IMG/VR virus record: IMGVR_UViG_3300049098_000061
Span: 1 to 56,204 of that record
From: a virus
Taxonomy: Duplodnaviria; Caudoviricetes
Reading direction: 5' to 3' (one strand)
DNA: 56,204 bases
This document shows positions 37,396 through 47,500 of the stretch, one piece after another. A program made the translations under genes and the position numbers. The notes below the pieces were generated by a model. It saw nothing but the letters and a program-made list of their open reading frames with translations. It was not told the DNA's origin and ran no database searches. Within the stretch, counting starts at the first letter, position 1, and the number at the start of each line of letters is the position of its first letter.

Positions 37396-37914
37396 CAACA
37401 ACCTGATATATACTGATCCTTCTGGATACCCCGTTGGGTCAGGAGGAGAAGCAGTAAACCCCATATGAAATGGAGAAGTCTCTCTAGTCAATAAATATAC
37501 AAAGTTCTTTGACAAGACATACCCCATAGTCTGAGCAAATCCAAATGGTCTGCTGGTAGTTAATGCCCCTGCTACGTCCTCGGATAAATATACTTTCTTT
37601 CCTATACTACCTGACCAATCCCACGAGAAGTCTCTTACCTGTCCAATTCTCCTGATACGAATCTCGTCATCAGCATCTCCGTTATCTACAGCGAGTCCTC
37701 TAGCTGGATTCATAGACACTACTGCTTTAGCCTTCCAGTACTTGCCGTCTGATTTTAAATACACTGCATCATTTTTTGATACAGACTCTCCTAAAGTACC
37801 GAGGAACACAGGATGCATGTGGTAATCTATGTCCTCGATACTACCTTTGAGAACTTGCTCCCATCCTCCGATAGATAGCTCGACTAAATCTATATCGTAC
37901 TTCAATGTAGGCAT
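37291..37914 (-). CDS. Decoration/fibre-base-like virion protein, paralog A, with poly-Thr tail
   Basis: Full-length similarity to 36703-37281; ends T33-V. Confidence 0.7.
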   Translation of the reverse strand: MPTLKYDIDLVELSIGGWEQVLKGSIEDIDYHMHPVFLGTLGESVSKNDAVYLKSDGKYWKAKAVVSMNPARGLAVDNGDADDEIRIRRIGQVRDFSWDWSGSIGKKVYLSEDVAGALTTSRPFGFAQTMGYVLSKNFVYLLTRETSPFHMGFTASPPDPTGYPEGSVYIRLLTTTTTTTTTTTTTTTTTTTTTTTTTTTTTTTTTV

Positions 37915-37918
37915 AGGC

Positions 37919-40900
37919 TTAAACCGTTGTTGTAGTGGTGGAGCCTGTTACTGTTGTGCTAGTAGTTGTAACCGTTGTAGTTGTCGTGGTGGACGAGATC
38001 CTCTCCACTACTAGCGTTCTCGAATGTATGTTGTCGTATCTTACTCCGGTATCGCTTTTATAGTTATCGACTTGGAAAGTCAATTCATCTTCTAGTGATC
38101 CATTATCTGACTCGTTCATTGTCTGACTATATTCCCAATTATAGGCAGACAATGAAGTCGCAGTCCTAACCGTTGTTCCTACTGCATTTTTTACTACTAC
38201 CTCAAAATATCCTTCGTGAGTCGGAGACGCATCAATTACTTCGTCTGGATTATTTATACCGGCATCGACTCCTCGTACTCGCGGACTCCATGTTAAGTAA
38301 ATGTCTTTGCCGTATACAGGATGTCCCCCTTTCCCACTAGCTCTAAAATTCTCGACTACATAAGGGGCAAACGCTCTGCCTACTATCGTATAGCTAATTG
38401 CAGTAGCCTCCGATAGCTCTCCAATGAAGTGCTCGTTATACGGAATGTACTTGAAGTAAAGGACAGCTCCTTTTACAAATGCAGTATCTCGTAGTAACTT
38501 TAGGGATGTAGTGCCTACGTGCCAAAAATCCTCATCTGCTGCCCACGTTTGTCTTATACTATCAAATCTCCCTCTACTCAGATTACTTATCTCGTACCTT
38601 CCTTCGGTTACTGCATCGGGAGTTATAGTTTCAAAATTTAATATTTCCGTTCCGAGTAGAGATAGATTGCCATTGTTCAGCATCTCCGTCCTAGTTATAG
38701 TCTCTATCTCGCTAAAGTCATCGTCAAAGCTAGCGTCTATTTCAAAGGTTAACTCCTTCTCTAAAGTAAGGGCTTGTACGTTAAGCTCCGCTACTAGTGT
38801 GCCGTGACTTGCATAATAGGTGGCGTCATCGAGATAGCTATAGCTTGTACCTCCATCGATACTCATCCATATCTCGTACCCGACTTCGGTTCCTTTCTTT
38901 CTTCCTGCCAGTGGAATTAATACTATCTCCTCGCCTACCAGAGAGTACGGAGCCTCGATAATATCCATCTCCGTTAGTACATCTAGTCCAAAGTCTCTTG
39001 CCGATCCTTCTGTAGTAACCGCAGCTAGAGTAGCAGAAGAAGTCACATAATCAGGCTCCTCCATAAAGCTGATGGTAATATCCTCTTTGTTAATATCGCC
39101 TTCGCCTATATTCATTGCTCGGCATACCATATTGCTTATGTTATGTTCCGAGTCTGATAGACGAAACAAATCTCCTACTTCATACTTAAATGCGTTACGG
39201 TTTACTGTTGCGTTACCCTCGGCAAACGGGTATGCTGCTCTCCTCGCTGCTCGGTCTGCTGCCCAATTTGCGTTCTCCTTTGTCCCATACATCATTAACT
39301 GCACAGAGCGAGTCACTGCTCTACCGTGGATCTCCGCTGTGCCTCTATCGTCTGCGGTTACTGCCGATCTTCTGATATTTAACGCAGTCTGAGGAACTAG
39401 AGTAGTACAGTAATTATCGTCCCCAGTAAAAGTGACCGAGTATACCTCGGTGTGGATAGCTGATTGATTGCACTCAACACTTGACCACTCGTAAAACTCG
39501 AATACTAGGTCTTTGTCGCAAGTGTATGCAGATTCTCTCCACGATGATCCTCCTACACTAGTGTACATGGTAGAGCCTACTCGTCTCAAACCATAAGTAA
39601 ATTGAGCAGTCTGCTGTTTTTGATTGGTCAGCATTATCCACGTTCCTGCTTGAATATCCCAATGATTCGTAAAGGGAGCAGGAATGTAAGTACCCGGCTT
39701 TCTACTCAGCCCGACTGCCCACCCATCCATAGTACTTAAGTCCCATACTACTATTACTCCTCGTGTCTCTTGTGTCTGATTATCACTTCGACCGTTATCA
39801 ATACCTCTATGATTACAGGTTATGCTAAAATCTCCTTCTAGAGTTATATTAGATCGTAGTCTAGCTACCTGCTCCACTCCTACTGGACTAGCGTCCAAAT
39901 AAACACTGAGCGCACCTTGGAAGTATCCATTTAAAGCAGTCTCGTCCCCCTCCTCGATTATAGTCCATTTATTAACATCCGGTGGATCTCCGTCGTCTCC
40001 ATAGAACGAGTCGCTATATGCCGATGCATCATAGCAGATCATACCACTAGTAGCTACGGGAGCATAGAAAGGCTCGGCACTACAGTCTATAGTTGCTGTA
40101 GTTACTCCACTTCCTGATGGAATAGTGCTGAATTGATAACTAGCGTAAACATGACGAGGTGATTCATAACTAGCGCTCCAATCTCCCGAATCCTCAGTAC
40201 CGTCCTCGGCGTTCATCCATCCACTGCCTTTATTGAATCCGAAGGTAAAGTAAATCCAACTAGGGAGATTTCTTTTTCTAGTTAGCCTCAACCATATTGG
40301 GAAGTCGTCTTCGTCTAGCTCGTACTCGTCGGAGATTAGGTTCTTTGACTTATGGTATATTGTTATTCTATCGTTTCTGTAAAGTCTAATGCAAGTATAC
40401 ACATAAAAATCACTCTCCGCTGACCATTTAGTATCTGCAAATCCAAATCTGAATACGTCTATATAATCGGTGTCGTTAGTTCCTGCCGAGGAGATAGTAG
40501 CAAAATCGACTCTAGTACTTATCGTAAAATCAGCAACATTATAGGTATCCTCCATACACCAAAGGCTATTTACTCTGTGTTGCTCATACTCGCTACCTAC
40601 TATTAGCGCTCCTGCCCATGTCAATCCTGCTGCGGTCACTGTAGGAACATTACTCCCATCAGTATCACTTATGCCTTCCGCAAACATTACTACCCATTTC
40701 TCGGTATCGGGAGTACCAGTGTACTCGAAGGTATCTTCTGGATCATACTCTCCGGTAACTGCTACTACTCCCGCGTCCATGTCGTAGCGCTCGTGGTGCT
40801 GTACTTGTACCTCGTTTGCTACTTCCGTCCATCCCTTACGTTCAAAGGCTAGTGGTTCCGTGAAGTCATCTTGAGTAATGGAGGGGAGGCTACTTATGTC

Positions 40901-41866
40901 CTCGTATGCTCGCAATGCATGGAGATGGAACTTACCGTCTATACCATATCGAAGTACTGCTCCTGCGTGTGTTAAGACACTCTCTATGGTTCTCAATGCT
41001 CCCTCTTGCCTTGACAAGAGCATGCTTAAACCATGCTGCTCATACTCGCCCGTAAATAAGTCTGCGAAGGTAGAAAAACTCTCCTCGTTTACCCAAGTAG
41101 TAGGAAAGCCTACATACTGATGGTGAGTAAGAACGTGATAAATAGCATGTGCGGGGTTGTAGTCATACGTACCTATAGACTCGGAGAAGTTAAAGGCGTA
41201 GGAAGGACGCTTAGTCAATACAAACCTTATTCTAGGAGCACGATTATAACTACCTATAAAGCAGTCATCAAAGAAAGCATAACACAGACCTCGATACGTT
41301 GGAGTAACACTAGTTCCCTCCTCTGCTGCCATTACGCTATTTTGTGTCTGATCATTAGTACCGAAGTAGAGAGTCATACTCCCCATACCTTCTAGAGTAA
41401 TTGTCTCCTCGCCGCCACTTTCAGGTTTGTTTAACTCTCCAGACCATACTACCTCCTCGTCTCGCAGCACAGTCCACAGAGTATCAAGTTCTCCTAGTAT
41501 TATACCTTGCGCCCATGATAGGTAGTACTCGTATCCAACAGTTACCTTTTTAGACTTGCCTCCTCCTTTGCCACCTCCTTGCTTTTCCTTGATAGCTTTA
41601 GTTCTCGCTTTACCGTACCAAAAGATATGACCTATCACTCTACTAGTTCCTAGTAGATCGAATACAGCCATTCCCTCCTCGATTGTAGGAACGTCTAGTT
41701 CATGCATCTGAGGAGTACCGGGACTCGGCATATCAGAAGTAGCAGGATCAATATAAGTACCCGCTGCATACCCTAGTGCTGCTCCCATCAAAATAAATCC
41801 AGCACCACCGGTGAAGTAGCCTGCTACTGCTCCTACAACTCCTAATACTATTTGTCCTGTAGTCAT
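37919..41866 (-). CDS. Tail tip / host-specificity protein (GTA gp15/lambda J-like) with Thr-rich C-terminal tail
   Basis: GGKGG...Y.YY.S, P.YRGLCY, NPAH.IY, RGRFDS motifs; position after NlpC/P60; ends SSTTTTTTVTTTSTTVTGSTTTTTV. Confidence 0.85.
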   Translation of the reverse strand: MTTGQIVLGVVGAVAGYFTGGAGFILMGAALGYAAGTYIDPATSDMPSPGTPQMHELDVPTIEEGMAVFDLLGTSRVIGHIFWYGKARTKAIKEKQGGGKGGGKSKKVTVGYEYYLSWAQGIILGELDTLWTVLRDEEVVWSGELNKPESGGEETITLEGMGSMTLYFGTNDQTQNSVMAAEEGTSVTPTYRGLCYAFFDDCFIGSYNRAPRIRFVLTKRPSYAFNFSESIGTYDYNPAHAIYHVLTHHQYVGFPTTWVNEESFSTFADLFTGEYEQHGLSMLLSRQEGALRTIESVLTHAGAVLRYGIDGKFHLHALRAYEDISSLPSITQDDFTEPLAFERKGWTEVANEVQVQHHERYDMDAGVVAVTGEYDPEDTFEYTGTPDTEKWVVMFAEGISDTDGSNVPTVTAAGLTWAGALIVGSEYEQHRVNSLWCMEDTYNVADFTISTRVDFATISSAGTNDTDYIDVFRFGFADTKWSAESDFYVYTCIRLYRNDRITIYHKSKNLISDEYELDEDDFPIWLRLTRKRNLPSWIYFTFGFNKGSGWMNAEDGTEDSGDWSASYESPRHVYASYQFSTIPSGSGVTTATIDCSAEPFYAPVATSGMICYDASAYSDSFYGDDGDPPDVNKWTIIEEGDETALNGYFQGALSVYLDASPVGVEQVARLRSNITLEGDFSITCNHRGIDNGRSDNQTQETRGVIVVWDLSTMDGWAVGLSRKPGTYIPAPFTNHWDIQAGTWIMLTNQKQQTAQFTYGLRRVGSTMYTSVGGSSWRESAYTCDKDLVFEFYEWSSVECNQSAIHTEVYSVTFTGDDNYCTTLVPQTALNIRRSAVTADDRGTAEIHGRAVTRSVQLMMYGTKENANWAADRAARRAAYPFAEGNATVNRNAFKYEVGDLFRLSDSEHNISNMVCRAMNIGEGDINKEDITISFMEEPDYVTSSATLAAVTTEGSARDFGLDVLTEMDIIEAPYSLVGEEIVLIPLAGRKKGTEVGYEIWMSIDGGTSYSYLDDATYYASHGTLVAELNVQALTLEKELTFEIDASFDDDFSEIETITRTEMLNNGNLSLLGTEILNFETITPDAVTEGRYEISNLSRGRFDSIRQTWAADEDFWHVGTTSLKLLRDTAFVKGAVLYFKYIPYNEHFIGELSEATAISYTIVGRAFAPYVVENFRASGKGGHPVYGKDIYLTWSPRVRGVDAGINNPDEVIDASPTHEGYFEVVVKNAVGTTVRTATSLSAYNWEYSQTMNESDNGSLEDELTFQVDNYKSDTGVRYDNIHSRTLVVERISSTTTTTTVTTTSTTVTGSTTTTTV

Positions 41867-42321
41867 GCTATTACCCTAAAAGCTCTCTTCATTCTATAAT
41901 AGAAGTAGTCCTCGTCGTACCGTCTACGCTGTACTCCTATATCTGTCAAGGCTTGGTGGACATGCTCGTCTAGGTACAATCCTCCATGCGCCTCGTGTAG
42001 TCCAAACTTATACAAAATAATGTCTCCATTCTTAGGCTCTTTTGGATCTACTTCCACTGCATCGAATTGTGCTTTTATTCCGTCCACTAGTAGTTTCTGT
42101 CCATTATGTAAGTGCCAATCTTTAGGATACTTAGGGATCACTATAGCTCTCCCTTTGTCTGCGCCTACAGCATTGTATGCTCGCACAATAAAATGAATAC
42201 AGTCACATCCTCGACCCTTTACTCCTGTCCAATGTTTGTACGGAGTATCTTGCCAACTAAGGATCTCTGATTGTAACCTTGCTAAATTCGCCTTGTCCGA
42301 GAAGTAACCTTTCTCGCTCAC
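41863..42321 (-). CDS. Tail-associated NlpC/P60 peptidase (GTA gp14/lambda K-like)
   Basis: W..TPY.H...KG.GCDC, GDI, H.G..L, HQA; canonical position. Confidence 0.88.
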   Translation of the reverse strand: MSEKGYFSDKANLARLQSEILSWQDTPYKHWTGVKGRGCDCIHFIVRAYNAVGADKGRAIVIPKYPKDWHLHNGQKLLVDGIKAQFDAVEVDPKEPKNGDIILYKFGLHEAHGGLYLDEHVHQALTDIGVQRRRYDEDYFYYRMKRAFRVIA

Positions 42322-42324
42322 CTT

Positions 42325-42459
42325 CTCTCCTTATCTTTGTAAACTCCACATAGCATTTACAGTCTAAACATTCCCATAGATCGCCGATATTGTCCCGAGT
42401 CTCACTGGTATTAACTCATTCTCGCACATTGGGCAATACCTCGTATCCATTGCTCCCAT
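42325..42459 (-). pseudogene. Frameshifted small Zn-ribbon gene (3' end approximate)
   Basis: MGAMDTRYCPMCENELIPVRL in one frame; DNIGDLWECLDCKCYVEF in the -1 frame, switching at a GGG run (~42394-42396). Confidence 0.4.
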
Positions 42460-43283
42460 TATGTCCACATAGACGGATTATCGTATGGTAGATACGGAAA
42501 GCCAAAGAATCTATCAAGACTCCCACCAAGATTTGAAAATTTATCTCGACAAGCCTCCATAAGTTTATTACATCCAGCATACACAGTTACGTCCTCCGAT
42601 GCAGCTAGGTCGGGTATGTAGTGACGCAGTACTATACTAGTCCCTGTGTGCGAGACTATCATCCGCTTATAGCCACTCCATTCCAGCCACCCAAAGGTAT
42701 AGTAGTCATCTGCCTTTGTTCCGAATCCTGTAGCAGTTACAGTGACTAGATCTGACCCTACGGAGAGTAGAGGGTAAGTAGAAGCGTAACTCGATTTAGT
42801 TACTCCACACTGCGTACTGTATAATTGAAGTGTGCATTTCTTTTGATAGCGGGGGCGAGGCACAGGCTGTCCTAAAAACTTCTCCAATCCTTCGCACTGT
42901 AGAGTAGCTGCTCTCCCTCGTATTTGGCATCTAGCTAGAGTTCCCATGAAGTACACCATACCTTCACGGGGAGACTGATTTCTGAATACTCGTATTACTC
43001 GTACCCAAGTTTCGTCTAGCGGCGCTGCGGTCAAATAGCTCTTTACTTCGGGTTGTAGCTTGTCTACGTTTACTTGGAGTTTACTTATAGTCATATCGGC
43101 ACTATGACTCATCCTTTGTCTGCCTATATATGCTGGCTCATAAGTATAACCATTATAGGTTATCTCACTATCCGCACTAGTTACTCGATAGCTCAACTGG
43201 TCATTCCAGAAGTCGTATAGATCAATGGGCTTTCTAGTACGAGAAGTCTCCAAACCATCTATTTGATTACTTGTCTCTCTCAT
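42459..43283 (-). CDS. Tail hub protein (DUF2163/BR0599, GTA gp13-like)
   Basis: YQKKC...LY...CGV and GCNK....C..KF.N....FGFPY.P motifs. Confidence 0.9.
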   Translation of the reverse strand: MRETSNQIDGLETSRTRKPIDLYDFWNDQLSYRVTSADSEITYNGYTYEPAYIGRQRMSHSADMTISKLQVNVDKLQPEVKSYLTAAPLDETWVRVIRVFRNQSPREGMVYFMGTLARCQIRGRAATLQCEGLEKFLGQPVPRPRYQKKCTLQLYSTQCGVTKSSYASTYPLLSVGSDLVTVTATGFGTKADDYYTFGWLEWSGYKRMIVSHTGTSIVLRHYIPDLAASEDVTVYAGCNKLMEACRDKFSNLGGSLDRFFGFPYLPYDNPSMWT

Positions 43284-44503
43284 ATCGTTGTGGTGGTGGT
43301 AGTAGTATAGCTCATTGTCTCATCGTGGATACTCTGCATTCTAAGCGTAGTCTCTGCGACTAGTGGCTTAGGATACCCCATCTCCATAGTGTCTATTTCA
43401 AACCTAACAGGTAGTAAAAAGCTGACGAGTATTCTATTTACTACCGATACGGCTACGTCTTGCCCTATCGCACTTCCTAGAGTTAACTGAGTCGAGGAGG
43501 GCCAACCGACTACCTTTCGATATAGCTCGGTGCCATCCGGTAGCATTATAAAAAGGTATCTCCCTATAATCGTATTCTCTGCCCAATATGAGGAGTACTC
43601 TATATTCTCTATTGTTATAGTAGTATCACTCGAACTGATAGCTCCTGTGATTACTACATCTCTCTGCCAAGTAGGACTCCAGAACTGTTTCCACTTTCCT
43701 ATCGATGAATCGAAGAAACCTCTTATCTCCGCACACTCGCTAACACCATCCCAAAGAAATTGACCCTCAAGTGTATACTCGCTCTCTGGCTCTCTAGTAT
43801 AACGTATCTGTACTCCTAGCTTTTGTAGAAACTCAGATGGTCTACTAAACGAGATACTCATTCCTTCTATCCAGTTAGGCTCTTTGTTGAATACGTAGTA
43901 CCCTTTATACATAGGAAAGTTATGACTCAGTATCTTGCGAGTTATAGTATCTTCCCACGCTTCTTTGAATGCTACAGATGCTCCTCCAAATGCACTGGTC
44001 ACTTTATCCAAAGGAACATTTTGCTCCATAGTCATATGAAGCATAGGATATATGGAACTTCCACTAGGCCAAGTATTTGTAAGAGTACTCTCAAGAGTCA
44101 AGCGAGTGGTGGTCATACTATAAATTTCGACTACTTCATAATCATCCCAATCGTTATAGATTACAGCAAGACCGCCTACCTCGTAGTTTGTCTTGTCAAT
44201 ATCTGTTAAGTCTACATACCCTTGCCCCGCTGTTGCTTGAGCAGTTAGAGATCCATGCTCTCCCCATACAGGTACTCCAAACACACCTCCTTGATGTTTC
44301 TGTACTACTCGATTGAAGTATGCCGACTCCGCTTCACTCATAAAAGTTATGTCATATTTGACGCTTCTCCTCGGCCAGCTTATAAGTGCGGATCTTTGCT
44401 CATACCCATATACCGTCCTGAGTATACTCGTCTCATAAGTGTAGTCAATGTAAAATTCAGACTCCCACTCACACTCTATCATCATGTAGGCATCTACGCT
44501 CAT
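43280..44503 (-). CDS. Distal tail protein-like, with C-terminal T7-I tail
   Basis: Immediately after tape measure; G.EQR.AL...PRR and F..P.W repeated twice; ends SYTTTTTTTI. Confidence 0.75.
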   Translation of the reverse strand: MSVDAYMMIECEWESEFYIDYTYETSILRTVYGYEQRSALISWPRRSVKYDITFMSEAESAYFNRVVQKHQGGVFGVPVWGEHGSLTAQATAGQGYVDLTDIDKTNYEVGGLAVIYNDWDDYEVVEIYSMTTTRLTLESTLTNTWPSGSSIYPMLHMTMEQNVPLDKVTSAFGGASVAFKEAWEDTITRKILSHNFPMYKGYYVFNKEPNWIEGMSISFSRPSEFLQKLGVQIRYTREPESEYTLEGQFLWDGVSECAEIRGFFDSSIGKWKQFWSPTWQRDVVITGAISSSDTTITIENIEYSSYWAENTIIGRYLFIMLPDGTELYRKVVGWPSSTQLTLGSAIGQDVAVSVVNRILVSFLLPVRFEIDTMEMGYPKPLVAETTLRMQSIHDETMSYTTTTTTTI

Positions 44504-47500
44504 CGGAGTACTCGCTGCACTTTATCTCTGTTGCTACTTATAACGTTTATGACTGCGCTCTCGCCCTCGGGACTTCCTAATGCTGACAGCATCTCTCTTT
44601 GATCTACATAGTTCATAATCTTAATTTCTTGCTTCTGTTGGGCGGGTGCGTTAGAAACGCCTCCTCCCATACCCGATACCTGACCACCTGTAGCGTATCC
44701 TCGCCTCGACGGACTACTAGCATAGGCATACTTCGGAACAGGAAGTCCACTGAATAATTCTCGTGGAATCATCTTTTTGCGAAGTGCTTCCATTATGTCT
44801 CTACCGTAGTAACTCACTGCGGAGACGGGTTGTACAAATTCTTTAGCAGTAGCCCATATAGGCACGTTGTCTGCCTTCGGGTGTGGAGACTTGCCTTTTA
44901 CCTCGCCGCCTTCCGCCAATGTTTGCGCTCTAATCTTTGCTACTCTAGCAAGACCCGCTGCTACTGTCGCCGCTGCTGCCGCTGCTCCTAGTGCATACCC
45001 AACATAAGGAATTTTCGATAGCGAGTCGAAGACACTTTGAGCGCTCTTATAAGTAGTCATTATCGTGTCTTTGATAGCCATTGCTTTTTGGAGAGCGAAT
45101 GCTGCTTTTGCCTCTTTCGACTGCTCGCCAAACATCCACTTCGTTGCCTCGACTGCATCGGCTGCTGCTTCTTTACCATGCTCCCACTGCATTGCTCGGA
45201 TAGCTTCTAGTTGATCCTGTTTCTTTTGCTCTAGCTCTATCTCCTGTTGATCTCTAATCTGTTTTAGTAGTGCCTCGTCGTCATAAAATTTGCTGATTAT
45301 CTCTAACTGCTCGGCATGCTTATCTCTCAGGGCTTGCAATTCTAATTGATTTCTAGTCTCGTAGTCATCCTCGTCTGCTGCACCCTTCTGTACTTCCGTT
45401 ATCGCCTTATCTGCGTCTATCTTCGCCTTTGCTAACGCCTCGGCTCGCTTCTCTTCTTCCTTTGCTCTTTTATCCGCTTCTTTCTTTCTTTTCTCCTCTT
45501 GCTCTTTATTCCAATCCTCGATCTCTTTATCGTACTTAGCTACAATCGCATTGCGGATACCGTACATCTTATCCCATTCGACGCCCATGTCCTCTGCACT
45601 CTCTCTTAGGGCATCAAGCTCGGCGTCTCTCTCTGCTATAAACTTCTCGGTTCCTTCCTCCATTAAGTCTATGCGAATACCCGCTGCATCCTCCTCGGAC
45701 TCTGCTATATACTCATTGACTTGGATTTGATGTTTTAGTCTCTCGTCCGCTGCTGCCTTAGTATATTTAGTTACCTCGTCTTGAGACTTCCTTAACCGAT
45801 TTCCGATATCTCCTGATACTGCCAGTTTTTGAGTAGTAGACTCCTGTATCTCTACTAGTGCTTTTTGTAGCTCTTGAGCATTCTTTAATTTAGCCTCGGC
45901 ATTGTCTTTATCTATTTTAGCTATTTTTTGATTATACTCCCACTCGGCGAGTAGACCTAATTCTTTATTTCTCTCAAGCTCGTCTATTTCTGCCTTATAG
46001 TTCTTTGCAGTCTCCTCGGCCAGTTGTTTTTGAAGTACACTTAATGCACTGTTTATCTCCGTTTCCTTAGCTAGTAGATCCTGCTTTGCCTTTATTCTCT
46101 CTTCGTTTGCTTTCTTGAATGCCTCCGTCTCCGCTGTTGCCCTGTCTCTTAGATTCTCCGGAACTGCGGATATTGCCTCTGCTGCCTCGGCACTCTTTTG
46201 TTTTAAGTCCTCGTACTCGTCAGCCATTTTTGCTAGCTCAACGGTAGTCTCCGATATATCTGTTCTAAGTCCTTCAAGACTCATTTCTTGTACAGACCTA
46301 GTTATATCCCTAGTTATCTTTCCTTCCTCTTGCATCGCTGCATGAGTAGCTGCTATGGACTCAGCATGCTCTTTAGAGTAGCCTCGTACTATTCTAAAAT
46401 ATTCGATTACTTCCTGTTGAGACATACCTACATCGAACTCGCCCCAACTATCTATCATTTCTACAACGGAGCGATTAGTAAGCTCTATCTCGTCTCTCAT
46501 TTTTTTAGTCTCCGCTACTTGCTCTGCGGTGACTCGCTTCCATCCTGATATTCCTCCTGTAATTAGACCCCACGTAGCTTTGAGACTCTTGTTAGTCTCG
46601 TTCCACCAGTAGGTAGCATCTTTAACTTTCCCTATGTGTCGATCTAGTTGGAGATTTGCTGCCTCGACTTGCTTCTTCAAATTGACTTCTGCTAATTCTT
46701 TGGATCTCTGTACGAATGCCTCTAGAGCTACTCCACCATCTTTAACTTTCCCTGTGAACTCGTCTATGCTATTTGCAGCCCTCCTTGCCTCTACAGACAA
46801 CTCTTTATTACTCTCCGCTGTCTTTAACAACTGCTCTCGCATGTTCTTGCCGGTAGCTATGGCTTTCTTACTTCCTTCCTCCATTTCTTTGAGCGAGCTA
46901 ATTTGTTTGCTATAACTCGATCTAAGTGCATCGAACTCAACTGCTGCTAGTTTAGCCTCCTCTGCTAATCTTTTTTGCTTCTCACTAAGTTCTGCAAAGT
47001 ATAGTATCAATCCTCCGACAAGCACTAGTAGTGCAGTTATCGGATTAGCAAGCATAGTTGTCCACAGTGTTTTTAATCCTCTCTGAACAAGAAGCATTAT
47101 GGACTTCAATCCTTTTAATACGCCCTCAAAAGTTATGGTAGTAGTCAAGGCAACTTTGGTAGCAGATGCATATCCCAACATTGCTGCTTTCATCTGCAAT
47201 AATGTAGTAACTACATTCGTGCTAGCTAACGCTCCAAGAGTTGCATTGAAACTAGCTACTGCTAAGGCTAATGCTCCAAATCCTGCTGCGAGTATCGCTA
47301 CTACTCCTGCTAAGACTCCGATCACTTTGGTTAATACAGGCATCTCCTCTGCGATAGAAGTAATCACACCTAAGAAGCCAGTGACTAGTTCAATCACTGC
47401 TCGCAGTGGTTTTAATAGTGGATCTCCAAATGCTCGCTTCAACCCATCCAATGCAGAGAGTAGCTCGACGAATGCTCCTTTGAGATTGTCTTTCATCGTC

